From NCBI GenBank assembly GCA_037368805.1, contig JAXYDM010000009.1, positions 1,851 through 65,850 of the forward strand: a DNA stretch of 64,000 nucleotides, given 5' to 3'. The notes beneath the pieces are model-generated. The model did no database searches, had not been told where the DNA came from, and saw only the letters and a list, made by a program, of their open reading frames with translations. The position numbers were made by a program, and so were the translations under genes. Positions 10,387 through 20,847 of this stretch are shown one piece after another. Within the stretch, counting starts at the first letter, position 1, and each line of letters begins with the position of its first letter. The stretch comes from a bacterium (GTDB taxonomy: Bacteria; Bacillota; Clostridia; Oscillospirales; Acutalibacteraceae).

Positions 10387-11737
10387 ATTTATACATCTCC
10401 CTGACCGCCGGCAGGAATTCGCTGCCGACTGAGTTAACTTCGTTATATTCGCCGAAAAGCGCCCTCAGCTCGCAACTCGTGACGGGTGTGCGGCGTTTTT
10501 CGTATTCCGCAAGCAGATAAGGCTTCTCACCGCCGCCGAAGCGCCGCAAAGTCAGCTCCAGCATGGCGCAGACCTCCCGAGCCGTGCCGACGCATTCAAA
10601 GGGCTTGACTCCCGAGAAGCCGCAAAGCCCCTCAAAGTCGGCGAGCAGGTCTGCCTTGTCGAGCATATCGCAGCCGAACGCCTCTATCAACTCCCCGCGC
10701 TCCACAAAGGGCGAGAGCATTATGAAAACAAAGAGGCACTTGGCGCAGTTGCAGCACCATACATTTTTTTTGCTGCCCGCGTTGCAGGAGCGGAAAACCT
10801 TGAGATATTGCGGGCAGGCGGCGAATTTCTTGGCTATCTGAGCCTCGTTGAACGGGCGCAGCAGGCTGAAATACCGTATCGGCAACCCGAAATACCCGTC
10901 GGAGAAATCCCTGAAATCCTTCTCGAATTCATAAGATTTGGAGTATTGATGATTGACCCCCGTGCCGCCGATGTTGGCTTCATTCGCGCTCGATTCATTG
11001 GAGAGGGCGATATTCTCCGCCCCGATGAGATACGCGCAGTAGTAACTAAGGAAGGCGACTATCGCCGAGAACGGCGTGTGACCATTCAGGTAGCCCCTGC
11101 GGTTAAGCTCCAACAAATTCGGGTCGATGGTGCGGTAGGTTTTTATTATCCTGCTCTCGTCATAGCCCGCCGCAAGCACGCACTGAGTCCTTGCCGGCTG
11201 GTCGTTGACGGTGAAGAACATATTTTTGTTGCGGAAGCCCGAGAGCAATTCGGTGGTAACGGCGCTGTCTTTACCGCCGCCGACGGGTATGATATTCAGC
11301 CCCGCCGAGACGAAGTCACCGCCGCCGGGGAGCGCCTCGCCCTCGCAAACTATATTTACGAACGAATCAAGCTCGGTCGTGATGCCGTTGCGGTAAAAGA
11401 ATTCGCCGAGCCCGCTGAACCAGAGCTTTTTGAACCAAAGGATATCCTCGCCGCTCAGGCTGCCGCAGAGCACCCGCACCGTCGGCGGACAAGCGGCTTT
11501 CCAATAGCTGACCGCCTCCGCCATGCCGAGACAGAAGGCTATCCGCCGCGCGGCGGGCGAATCAAAGGCGTTAATGATATTCAGATTATCCGTTTTTATC
11601 CGCGTGGTCGGTGTAAAGATCGTTTTGCCGAGCGAGAAGCGAAAGTTGAGAGTTATCTCGCCCTCTTTGCCGGTGAGAGAGAAGCTCTCATAGAGAAATT
11701 CGGGGTTCTCTTTCCTCAGCGATTCAAAATCAGCCAT
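10367..11737 (-). CDS. conserved 456-aa protein with PP-loop-like GGGKDS motif and Cys cluster; candidate MurL-type UDP-MurNAc-L-Ala-L-Glu epimerase
   Basis: Contains IIPVGGGKDSAV (ATP-pyrophosphatase-like) and CNAGSKKNVWCCNCAKC. Translationally coupled to murD (20-nt overlap). The MurL assignment is an inference from context and size. Confidence 0.45.
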   Translation of the reverse strand: MADFESLRKENPEFLYESFSLTGKEGEITLNFRFSLGKTIFTPTTRIKTDNLNIINAFDSPAARRIAFCLGMAEAVSYWKAACPPTVRVLCGSLSGEDILWFKKLWFSGLGEFFYRNGITTELDSFVNIVCEGEALPGGGDFVSAGLNIIPVGGGKDSAVTTELLSGFRNKNMFFTVNDQPARTQCVLAAGYDESRIIKTYRTIDPNLLELNRRGYLNGHTPFSAIVAFLSYYCAYLIGAENIALSNESSANEANIGGTGVNHQYSKSYEFEKDFRDFSDGYFGLPIRYFSLLRPFNEAQIAKKFAACPQYLKVFRSCNAGSKKNVWCCNCAKCLFVFIMLSPFVERGELIEAFGCDMLDKADLLADFEGLCGFSGVKPFECVGTAREVCAMLELTLRRFGGGEKPYLLAEYEKRRTPVTSCELRALFGEYNEVNSVGSEFLPAVREMYKYVSAID

Positions 11738-11852
11738 TTGGTGACCTCCAAAATTAACCTTTGATTATATTATATCAAATCGGCGGGCGGTATTCAAGTG
11801 GTCGGCGGGCAAATCAAACTATGTTTATCGGTGTTCGCCCGCGCAGGCGCGC

Positions 11853-11883
11853 AAAAAAACAGGTCTGCCGTGTGACAGACCTG
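11853..11883 (-). terminator. rho-independent terminator of the 60-aa ORF
   Basis: Stem CAGGTCTG (11860-11867) / CAGACCTG (11876-11883), followed on the minus strand by TTTTTTT (11853-11859). Confidence 0.7.
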
Positions 11884-11901
11884 CCCAAAAATGCTTTTTG
11901 A

Positions 11902-12084
11902 TTAGAAGCCGAACTTTCCTTCAAGCCATGCGGTAACTATCTCCCAGATAGGATTCCAGATTGCGCTGAACTTGGTGAGCAGGTCACCGAGAAAGTCGAA
12001 ATCGAGAGCCTTGAGGTCAAGATTTGCCAAAGACTTGATGAAGGTAAGAATGAGCGCCTGAATGCCTTCGGTGTTGATATCCAT
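11902..12084 (-). CDS. small acidic amphipathic protein (60 aa), unknown function
   Basis: Protein is MDINTEGIQALILTFIKSLANLDLKALDFDFLGDLLTKFSAIWNPIWEIVTAWLEGKFGF. AAGGGGG SD lies 7 nt before the ATG, and it has its own terminator. G+C is lower than the flanks by eye. Confidence 0.6.
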   Translation of the reverse strand: MDINTEGIQALILTFIKSLANLDLKALDFDFLGDLLTKFSAIWNPIWEIVTAWLEGKFGF

Positions 12085-12186
12085 GATTTATCCCCCTTTA
12101 ATTATTTCTGCTTGCCCGCCGAAGCCGAATGCCCCGACGGATTACGGCAGTTTACGGTCATATTATAACCTATTTTCTGCAATATG

Positions 12187-13107
12187 TCAAGCCACAACAT
12201 ATTGGGGCTGTGCGGCGAGGTCAATACTGACTGCAAGGTCGTCGAGCCATTCGCCCGTCAGATAATTCCTCGGGCGCAGCTCCGCCTTGCCGCCGTATAC
12301 CTCGACCTGATAGCCGACTCCCGTGTCTTCGGAGGAGAGGAGGCAGGGCACGTCGATGAAGGTTACGCCGTCCTTGCTGCCGACGCTGACGGAGTCTATC
12401 GGGTTGTGAATATGCCCCGAAAAGTAGAATACGTTTTTGTGGCTTGTGAGGATATTATACACATCTGCGCTCTGCTCGCCTATCGTGCCCTCCGGCCACT
12501 CTCTTGCGACCGTGCCCTTAAGCGGGAAATGGCAGAATACAAAGGCGGGCTTGCCGCTTGCGTCCGCCTCTGTCAGGCGGGCGTCGAGCCATTCGAGCTG
12601 CTCGGGCGAAATATACGCCTGAATGCCCTTATCCGCCTCGGAGCCGAGGACTATGAAGCTGTAGCCGTTGATAACCTTCGAATAATAGGTCTTGTCGAGC
12701 TTCTTGCCCGCAAGCAAGCCGGCAAAGAATTTGAATTTCGCGCTGCCCCTGTCATAGCCGTTCTCGGCTGTGAATATCTCGTGATTGCCCATTGCCTCAA
12801 GGATATTGCGGGCGTTGCAAAACAGCTTGAGCTGCATGAAAAGGAAGCTGTGCTCGATGAATTGACCGTTCATGGTGTTGTCCCCGAGCAGCACCAGAGC
12901 GTCGTTCCTGTGCTGAGCGCCGCTGATATCCATAAGTATCTTCGGGAACTGCTTAAATCTGTCGTTGTTGTTGCCCTCCATATGGACGTCCGAGATAACG
13001 GCGAACGAGAGGTCGGTATCCTTATAAAGAGGCTCGTAGGTGGGCGGATAAATATTGAATACCGCCGCGATAACAAAGGTCATTATGAGTGATATCAATT
13101 CTTTCAT
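12187..13107 (-). CDS. secreted calcineurin-like metallophosphoesterase
   Basis: ATG at 13107 lies 7 nt after AGGAG. Signal-like N-terminus MKELISLIMTFVIAAVF. Metallophosphoesterase motifs SDVHMEG, GDNTMNG, GNHE, GHIH. Confidence 0.8.
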   Translation of the reverse strand: MKELISLIMTFVIAAVFNIYPPTYEPLYKDTDLSFAVISDVHMEGNNNDRFKQFPKILMDISGAQHRNDALVLLGDNTMNGQFIEHSFLFMQLKLFCNARNILEAMGNHEIFTAENGYDRGSAKFKFFAGLLAGKKLDKTYYSKVINGYSFIVLGSEADKGIQAYISPEQLEWLDARLTEADASGKPAFVFCHFPLKGTVAREWPEGTIGEQSADVYNILTSHKNVFYFSGHIHNPIDSVSVGSKDGVTFIDVPCLLSSEDTGVGYQVEVYGGKAELRPRNYLTGEWLDDLAVSIDLAAQPQYVVA

Positions 13108-13126
13108 GTCGTTCTCCTTTCTGCAA

Positions 13127-14380
<1,254 letters not shown>

Positions 14381-14427
14381 AAATTATCAGAGGGCCGCCG
14401 CCGAAGCAGCAGCCCTCGCCTTTTCAA

Positions 14428-16200
14428 TTAGTTCTTTTTTATCGAGTCGGCATTTATGATGCTGCCCTCGCCGCTGTAGGTGACGGTGACGCTGTCGCCC
14501 CTGTTTAGGATGACCACGCCCTCATCCTTGGAGGCCGCAATAGCGAAATAAGCCTCGTTTGAGTCGAGCTTGATATAATAGTAGCTCTCGCCGCCCATGA
14601 CCGCAGTCCTGATATCGGCTATAGTGCCGCTTGCGGTGAGCTTTGACGTGTCGGGCGTTTTGTCCTCATTGGTGCCGGGGGTCACGACGTCGTCGGGATT
14701 GATGTCAACGGTGATGCCCTTCTCCTTGAGGGACTCGATATAGCTTGCAAGGCACTTGCTCAGATCCGTGCCGGTGACGCCCATCTTGTTGTTATTGTAG
14801 TTGGCAACATTGATAAGCGCATACTGCTGGACTATCTGATTCTTGGGATCCTTGAGGGAGAGGAAGTAGGTCGGCTCGCCGCCGATGTTGAGCAGCAGCG
14901 GGAAGGTGGCGGTGTAGCCAAGATCCATTACTCGGCCCTCTGCCGCCTGCTGAGCGGAGTATTCCGTGCCGCCCGTGACGTTGTAGAAGTCTGCCTCTTT
15001 TGTTCTCTGGTTGACAAGGACGAAGCCGATTATCGACTGGTCGGAGGTGACGGAGGTAACGCCCGTATACATCCAGACGTCGTCGTTCTTTGCAATGTAG
15101 TTGTAGCCGTCGGTGGTCTTGATAACGTCCTTCTGGCCGAGCAGCGAGTTCCAGAAGCCCTTCTGATACTTGCCGTAGTAGTTATACTGCTGGACTATAA
15201 GGTCGGAGTCATAGACTCTGTCTATCCACTGGAGGTTGGGGTCGTCCTTGAGCTGATCCATCGAATACTCGATGCATTCGCCGCTGACCGCGTCAACAAG
15301 CACGATGCCTATTACGTCCGTGCCGCCGAAGAGGCCGATAGTCTTGTCAAGACGGGCGCAGATCCAGAACGGATCGCCGTCGTCGTTGACTTCAAAGGTG
15401 GCGTCGGCAAAAAGATAGGTCGGGAATTCAAAGCGCAGGTGACGCTTGAGGAGCTTATTGAAATGCTCGTATGCGGAGTATCTGATAGAGCCGTCCTTAA
15501 GCTCGACAAAGTTGGTGCTTTCATCAGCCATATTGACCATGACGTAGCCGGGGAAGCCCTCGCGGGTATTTACCAGCCACTTGATTATATCGGCGTACTG
15601 GAGAGGCACGACCCTGTAGGGCTTGCCCTGATAGTTTATCTGGGAATTCTCGGGGGCAATGGTGAACTGCGAGACCGAGCCGATATCCTTGAGGGCGCCG
15701 AGCGCTCTTGCCGCAAGCTGAGCGGCGGTGTCTTCATCGAGCTTGGGTATCTCGCTGAAGCTGTCGGCGGTCTGCTCCTCTACGTCCTCGGAGAAATTGC
15801 TGTCGGTATCAATGGATATTATCTTGCTGTAGCTGGAAGCTCTGAAGAACTCACAGGAAACAAGATATCCGATGCCGACGGCAACGAGCAGCACGGCGAT
15901 GATGATGCCGGGCACTATCGCTCTGCGCTTGACATAGGGAACATATTCGGGCTTGCCGAAAACATTCGAGAACAGGGCGTTGAACACCACATAGGATGCA
16001 ACGACCGCGCCGAGATAAATGTAAAGGTCATATGATTTGAAGTTGAGGGCCGGGAGCATAAAATAAAAGAGTATGCCGGCAAAGACCGCGGAGCAAAGCA
16101 GGCTGAGCACTATCTTGAGCGCGGCCTTCTCCGGCGGGATGACTACATCCTTCTTCCTGCCTCCGTCTTTCTTCGAGAAATCGACTTTAATGGGATCCAT
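14428..16200 (-). CDS. membrane-anchored protein of unknown function (3 N-terminal TM helices plus large extracytoplasmic domain)
   Basis: 590 aa with a clear coding pattern. No family recognised by eye. Confidence 0.6.
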   Translation of the reverse strand: MDPIKVDFSKKDGGRKKDVVIPPEKAALKIVLSLLCSAVFAGILFYFMLPALNFKSYDLYIYLGAVVASYVVFNALFSNVFGKPEYVPYVKRRAIVPGIIIAVLLVAVGIGYLVSCEFFRASSYSKIISIDTDSNFSEDVEEQTADSFSEIPKLDEDTAAQLAARALGALKDIGSVSQFTIAPENSQINYQGKPYRVVPLQYADIIKWLVNTREGFPGYVMVNMADESTNFVELKDGSIRYSAYEHFNKLLKRHLRFEFPTYLFADATFEVNDDGDPFWICARLDKTIGLFGGTDVIGIVLVDAVSGECIEYSMDQLKDDPNLQWIDRVYDSDLIVQQYNYYGKYQKGFWNSLLGQKDVIKTTDGYNYIAKNDDVWMYTGVTSVTSDQSIIGFVLVNQRTKEADFYNVTGGTEYSAQQAAEGRVMDLGYTATFPLLLNIGGEPTYFLSLKDPKNQIVQQYALINVANYNNNKMGVTGTDLSKCLASYIESLKEKGITVDINPDDVVTPGTNEDKTPDTSKLTASGTIADIRTAVMGGESYYYIKLDSNEAYFAIAASKDEGVVILNRGDSVTVTYSGEGSIINADSIKKN

Positions 16201-16365
16201 TAGTTCATCTCCTTATACGTGTTATGATACAGTATAACCTATTTTATAAATTATTACAAGTGTTTTTTGTTAATATTAGCGTTTGACTTTGCGAGCGCAA
16301 ACATGGTATTATGACAATATAATTTGATTTTCGTTCGGTTATCCGGCGGAGAAAGAGGTGCAGAG

Positions 16366-17616
16366 ATGTTTTCCGATTATCTTGATACGATAGCTTTCGT
16401 CTCCAAATACGACCCGCAGGTCGGCGAAGCAATGCAGGCGGAGCTTAAAAGGCAGCGCAGGAATCTGGAGCTTATCGCTTCGGAGAATATCGTCTCGCCC
16501 GCCGTCATGGCGGCAATGGGCAGCGTGCTGACCAATAAATACGCCGAGGGTTACCCCGGCAGGAGGTATTACGGCGGCTGCGAATGCGTGGACGTTGTGG
16601 AGAATATCGCGATAGAGCGCGCCAAGGAGCTTTTCGGCGCAGAGGCGGCGAATGTGCAGCCCCACTCGGGCGCTCAGGCAAATATGGCGGCGTACTCGGC
16701 GATACTTGAGCCTGGCGACACGGTGATGGGCATGAGCCTTGCCGACGGCGGGCACCTGACCCACGGCTCGCCCGTCAATGCCAGCGGCAAGCTCTATAAA
16801 TTCGTGCCCTACGGCGTTGACCCCGACGGCTTCATTGATTACGACGGCCTTGAGCGCAAGGCAAGGGAAATAAAGCCGAAGCTCATCGTGGCGGGCGCCT
16901 CCGCCTACCCGAGGATAATTGATTTTGAGCGCATCGGGGCGCTCGCAAAAGAGATAGGCGCATACTTCATGGTGGATATGGCTCATATCGCAGGTCTTGT
17001 GGCGGCGGGGCTGCATCCCTCGCCCGTGCCCTATGCCGATATCGTCACCACCACCACTCACAAGACCCTCAGGGGGCCGAGGGGCGGTCTTATCCTCTCG
17101 ACCGAGGAGCTTGCACCAGCAATAAACAAAGCGATATTCCCCGGCAATCAGGGCGGCCCGCTCATGCACATCATTGCCGCAAAGGCGGTCTGCTTCGGCG
17201 AGGCTCTCGCCCCTGAATTCAAGGAATATCAAAAAAATATTGTCTCAAACTGCTCAGCTCTCGCAAACGGACTGCTCTCAAGGGGAGTTCGACTCGTGTC
17301 GGGCGGCACGGATAACCACCTTATCCTTGTCGATCTGCGCTCGCTCGGCGTTACGGGCAAGGAGCTTGAGCACAGGCTCGACGAGGTATATATCACCGCC
17401 AACAAAAATTCCGTGCCCAACGACCCCGAGAAGCCCTTTGTCACCAGCGGCATAAGGCTCGGCACCGCCGCCGTCACCTCGAGAGGGCTTAATGAACAGG
17501 ATATGGACACGATAGCGGATTTCGTCTACCGCTGCGCCGTCGATTTTGAGGGCAGCGCCGACGATATCAGGCGCGGCGTTTGCGATCTCTGCCGCCGCTA
17601 TCCGCTTTACGAGTAA
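16366..17616 (+). CDS. glyA: serine hydroxymethyltransferase
   Basis: Starts [44 protein letters not shown] lysine context [17 protein letters not shown] at 16366 is preferred over the upstream in-frame start at 16324. Confidence 0.95.
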   Translation: MFSDYLDTIAFVSKYDPQVGEAMQAELKRQRRNLELIASENIVSPAVMAAMGSVLTNKYAEGYPGRRYYGGCECVDVVENIAIERAKELFGAEAANVQPHSGAQANMAAYSAILEPGDTVMGMSLADGGHLTHGSPVNASGKLYKFVPYGVDPDGFIDYDGLERKAREIKPKLIVAGASAYPRIIDFERIGALAKEIGAYFMVDMAHIAGLVAAGLHPSPVPYADIVTTTTHKTLRGPRGGLILSTEELAPAINKAIFPGNQGGPLMHIIAAKAVCFGEALAPEFKEYQKNIVSNCSALANGLLSRGVRLVSGGTDNHLILVDLRSLGVTGKELEHRLDEVYITANKNSVPNDPEKPFVTSGIRLGTAAVTSRGLNEQDMDTIADFVYRCAVDFEGSADDIRRGVCDLCRRYPLYE

Positions 17617-17628
17617 GGAGGGCTTCAA

Positions 17629-18492
17629 ATGCAAGGAATTTTTACCGCTCTGCTCACCCCGTTCAATGCGGATTACACCGTCAACGAAAAGTCGCTGCAA
17701 AAGCTGGTCGAATTCAACCTTGAGAAGGGCGTCAACGGCTTCTATGTCGGCGGCAGCACAGGCGAGGGAATGCTGATGTCGCCCGAGGAGAGGAAAGAAG
17801 TTTTTCGCATCGTCAAAAGGGCTGCGGGCGACAGGGTCGATATGATAGCGCACTGCGGCTCGGTCTCCACCGACGACGCGATAAGCATGGCGAAGGAGGC
17901 CGAGGCTCTCGGCTACACCGCCGTCTCCGCCGTCGCGCCTTATTATTATTCATTCTCATATGACGCTATCCGCAAGTATTACGACGATATCGTGTCGAGC
18001 GTGAGCCTGCCTATGGTCATCTATAACTTCCCCGGCGGCAACGGCTTCACCTTCACCGCGGATATCGCCGCCGAGATATTCCGGGACGAGCGCTTCATCG
18101 GCATAAAGCATACCTCGACCGACCTTTTCGCCCTCCAACAGTTTAAGCAGCGGATCGAGCGCATCACCGTATTCAACGGCTTTGACGAGATGTGCCTCGG
18201 CGGTCTCGCAATGGGCGCGGACGGCGCTATCGGCAGCACATATAACTTCATGGCGGATAAATTCCTGCGCCTTTACGACGAATTCAAACACGGCAGCGTC
18301 GCCGAGGCTCAGAGGATCCAGAATGAAGCGAACGCCATAATCGCCGAGCTTGTGAAATACGGCGTTATGCCCTGCGAAAAGGCGATACTGACCTTTATGG
18401 GCATCGACTGCGGCCCCTGCCGCCGCCCGTTCCTGCCGATAAGCTCCGAGGGAGCAAAAGCAATGAAAGCAATAGCCGATTCACTTAAATAA
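17629..18492 (+). CDS. DapA/NanA family aldolase, N-acetylneuraminate lyase-like
   Basis: 287 aa. Contains GIFTALLTPF, VGGSTGEGMLMS, and a Schiff-base lysine context IGIKHTS. Confidence 0.75.
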   Translation: MQGIFTALLTPFNADYTVNEKSLQKLVEFNLEKGVNGFYVGGSTGEGMLMSPEERKEVFRIVKRAAGDRVDMIAHCGSVSTDDAISMAKEAEALGYTAVSAVAPYYYSFSYDAIRKYYDDIVSSVSLPMVIYNFPGGNGFTFTADIAAEIFRDERFIGIKHTSTDLFALQQFKQRIERITVFNGFDEMCLGGLAMGADGAIGSTYNFMADKFLRLYDEFKHGSVAEAQRIQNEANAIIAELVKYGVMPCEKAILTFMGIDCGPCRRPFLPISSEGAKAMKAIADSLK

Positions 18493-18520
18493 ACAGTGAA
18501 TTGAAAGAAGCAGGCCATGA

Positions 18521-18640
18521 AACTTCTCAAAAGGCAGCGTGCGCGAGGAGTGGAACGGCAACGCCTTCAACAACCCCGAGGGCACCTTCCCGCAGAATTT
18601 TATAGTCGATTATGTGAGGGTCTACGCCCCCTCCGAATAA
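18521..18640 (+). pseudogene. C-terminal remnant (about 39 codons) of a GH16/ConA-like glucanase
   Basis: The open frame has no start codon and reads NFSKGSVREEWNGNAFNNPEGTFPQNFIVDYVRVYAPSE*. xFPQxxxVDYVRVY is the typical last strand of GH16-type jelly-roll enzymes. Confidence 0.4.
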
Positions 18641-18678
18641 AAATAACGCACCTTGCCGTTTGCCCGGCAGGGTGCGTT
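18636..18678 (-). terminator. terminator of the 262-aa membrane protein gene
   Basis: 14-bp stem AACGCACCTTGCCG (18645-18658) / CGGCAGGGTGCGTT (18665-18678) with one G-T pair. Followed on the minus strand by ATTTTTATT. Confidence 0.7.
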
Positions 18679-18691
18679 GATTCTATTATGT

Positions 18692-19480
18692 TCAGACCCT
18701 TGCGGTCTCCTTTTTCTCTGCCTTGGGTGCGGAGAGATCCATCTTGAATCTGCCCTTGTGTCTGTAGGGGTAGATCCTTATCGCAATGATCGCTATCATT
18801 GCGCCGACGGTGTTGAGGATGATGTCGCCCATGGTGTCCATTATCGCCCAACGCTCACGGAAATACGGGTTAAACAGGGTCTCGACCTTTGCCGTGTTCT
18901 CGGCTATGGTGTAGCTCCAGTGCTGAGCGTCTCCCGCCTTGTAGATGTCATTTATTGCGGCAGCGCTCTTGCAGGCTATCTGGTCAAAGGTGAATTCAAA
19001 CAGCTCCCATCCGGTCGAGGCGAGGAAGGAGAAACCGACCGCCGCGAGCAGCACGAGCGAGAGCGGAGCGGTGGCATGATCGCGCTTCTGCATAGCGGAG
19101 GCTATCTCATAGCCGAAGAATACGCAGGCTCCGCCGCCGATAAGGTGCAGGACGGTGTCCCAGTACCGGAGATCGTAGTAGAAATTCATGAATTTGCCGC
19201 CGAACGAGGCCGCGAAGATGCCGATAATCAGGAAGGTCTGCACGACCGACGGAACATGGCGCAGGGAATTTGTCTTAGGCAGCATCATAAACACCTCCCA
19301 GACGAACATACAAAGGAAATTTGCGCCGACCTGAAGAGGATTCGTGATATCGAAACTCTCCCCCTCGCCGGGGAAGAAGCCTTTAATAAATGCGTAAATC
19401 ATCAGGGCGCGGAATACCCACCAGATGACCATGCGGTACCTGGGGCATTCGGCAAAAAGACTTTTAAAATAGTTTTTCAT
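18692..19480 (-). CDS. polytopic membrane protein, unknown function
   Basis: 262 aa with about 6 TM helices. Contains YWDTVLHLIGGGACVFFGYEIA. The family is not confidently recognised. Confidence 0.6.
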   Translation of the reverse strand: MKNYFKSLFAECPRYRMVIWWVFRALMIYAFIKGFFPGEGESFDITNPLQVGANFLCMFVWEVFMMLPKTNSLRHVPSVVQTFLIIGIFAASFGGKFMNFYYDLRYWDTVLHLIGGGACVFFGYEIASAMQKRDHATAPLSLVLLAAVGFSFLASTGWELFEFTFDQIACKSAAAINDIYKAGDAQHWSYTIAENTAKVETLFNPYFRERWAIMDTMGDIILNTVGAMIAIIAIRIYPYRHKGRFKMDLSAPKAEKKETARV

Positions 19481-19674
19481 TACGGTCCCCCGTTTCTTGA
19501 ATTTTTCTCATGTGCGGGTCTAAGTATATCAGTTTCGGGTGAATGTGTCAATATAATATGCTGCTTTGATAGAATTTTGTAACATTTCTGCTCATTTTTA
19601 AAGCATTTTACCCATTTTCAATCGCTGCTTCATGTGGTATTATTAACTATATCATAAAGAAAAGGGAGGGTAAT

Positions 19675-20820
19675 ATGACACAGCGGCTTTACTACGATGA
19701 TGTCTATATAAAGGATTTCACCGCGCGGGTCGTTTCCTGCGTTGAGAGCGGCGGCAGCTATGAGGTCGTGCTCGACAGGACCGCGTTCTTCCCCGAGGGC
19801 GGCGGTCAGCCTGCGGATAACGGCTTCATCGGCGGCGCAAAAGTATTCGACGTTCACGAAAAGGGCGGAGAAGTGGTTCACTGCTGCTCCGAGAAGTGCC
19901 CCGTCGGCGCGCAGGTCGAGTGCAGAATCGATTATGAGCGCAGATTTGACCATATGCAGCAGCACACGGGCGAGCACATCTTCTCCGGCTTCGTTCACTC
20001 TGTCTGCGGCTTTGAGAATGTCGGCTTTCATATGGGCGAGAGCAGCGTGACGGTCGACTTCAACGGCGTTGTTTCACCCGAGGAGCTGCGGCGCATCGAG
20101 CGGCTCGCAAACGAAGCGATATACAAAAATATATATGTCGAGACTCTTTTGCCCTCGACCGAGGAGCTTGAGAATTACTCCTATCGCAGCAAAAAGGAGC
20201 TTCAGGGTCAGGTGCGCCTTGTCAGGATCGAGGGCGTTGACCTTTGCGCCTGCTGCGGCACCCATGTCTCCCGCACGGGCGAGGTCGGCATGATAAAGGC
20301 TGTCGCCTCGGCGCATTACAAATCAGGCGTGCGCATAGCTCTGCTCATCGGCAGGCGCGCGCTTGCGGATTACGGCGAGAAAAACGACAGCGTATATGCG
20401 ATATCAAATCTGCTCTGTGCCAAGACCGAGGAGGTCGCTCCGGCGGTCGAGCGGCTGCGCGAGCAGCTCAAAACGGCGCAGTATGAATACTCCGAGCTTA
20501 AAAAGCGGCTCTTTGCGCTCGAAAGCGAGAATGCGAGTGAGGGCTTCGAGCTGCGCTTCGACCCCTCCGGCTCTGCGGAGGACGCAAGGATATTCGCCGA
20601 CATGCTTGCCGAAAAAGCGGCGGCTGCGGCGGTGTTCTCGGGCAGCGACGGCAGCGGCTATAAATACGCCGTGGTCAGCCGCACCGAGGACGTCAGACCC
20701 CTCGGCAAGGAGCTGAATTCGGCGCTCGGTGGCAGAGGCGGCGGCAAGCCCGAGATGATCCAGGGCTCCGTCTCCGCCGCAAGAGCCGAGATAGAGGCTT
20801 TCTTTAACGGCAAAAAATAA
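19675..20820 (+). CDS. alaX: alanyl-tRNA editing protein (AlaX-L type)
   Basis: 381 aa. Contains DRTAFFPEGGGQPADNG, Zn motif HTGEHIFSG and CCGTHV. Confidence 0.8.
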   Translation: MTQRLYYDDVYIKDFTARVVSCVESGGSYEVVLDRTAFFPEGGGQPADNGFIGGAKVFDVHEKGGEVVHCCSEKCPVGAQVECRIDYERRFDHMQQHTGEHIFSGFVHSVCGFENVGFHMGESSVTVDFNGVVSPEELRRIERLANEAIYKNIYVETLLPSTEELENYSYRSKKELQGQVRLVRIEGVDLCACCGTHVSRTGEVGMIKAVASAHYKSGVRIALLIGRRALADYGEKNDSVYAISNLLCAKTEEVAPAVERLREQLKTAQYEYSELKKRLFALESENASEGFELRFDPSGSAEDARIFADMLAEKAAAAAVFSGSDGSGYKYAVVSRTEDVRPLGKELNSALGGRGGGKPEMIQGSVSAARAEIEAFFNGKK

Positions 20821-20847
20821 ATTTATATAAGAAATCAGGCGTTTTAT

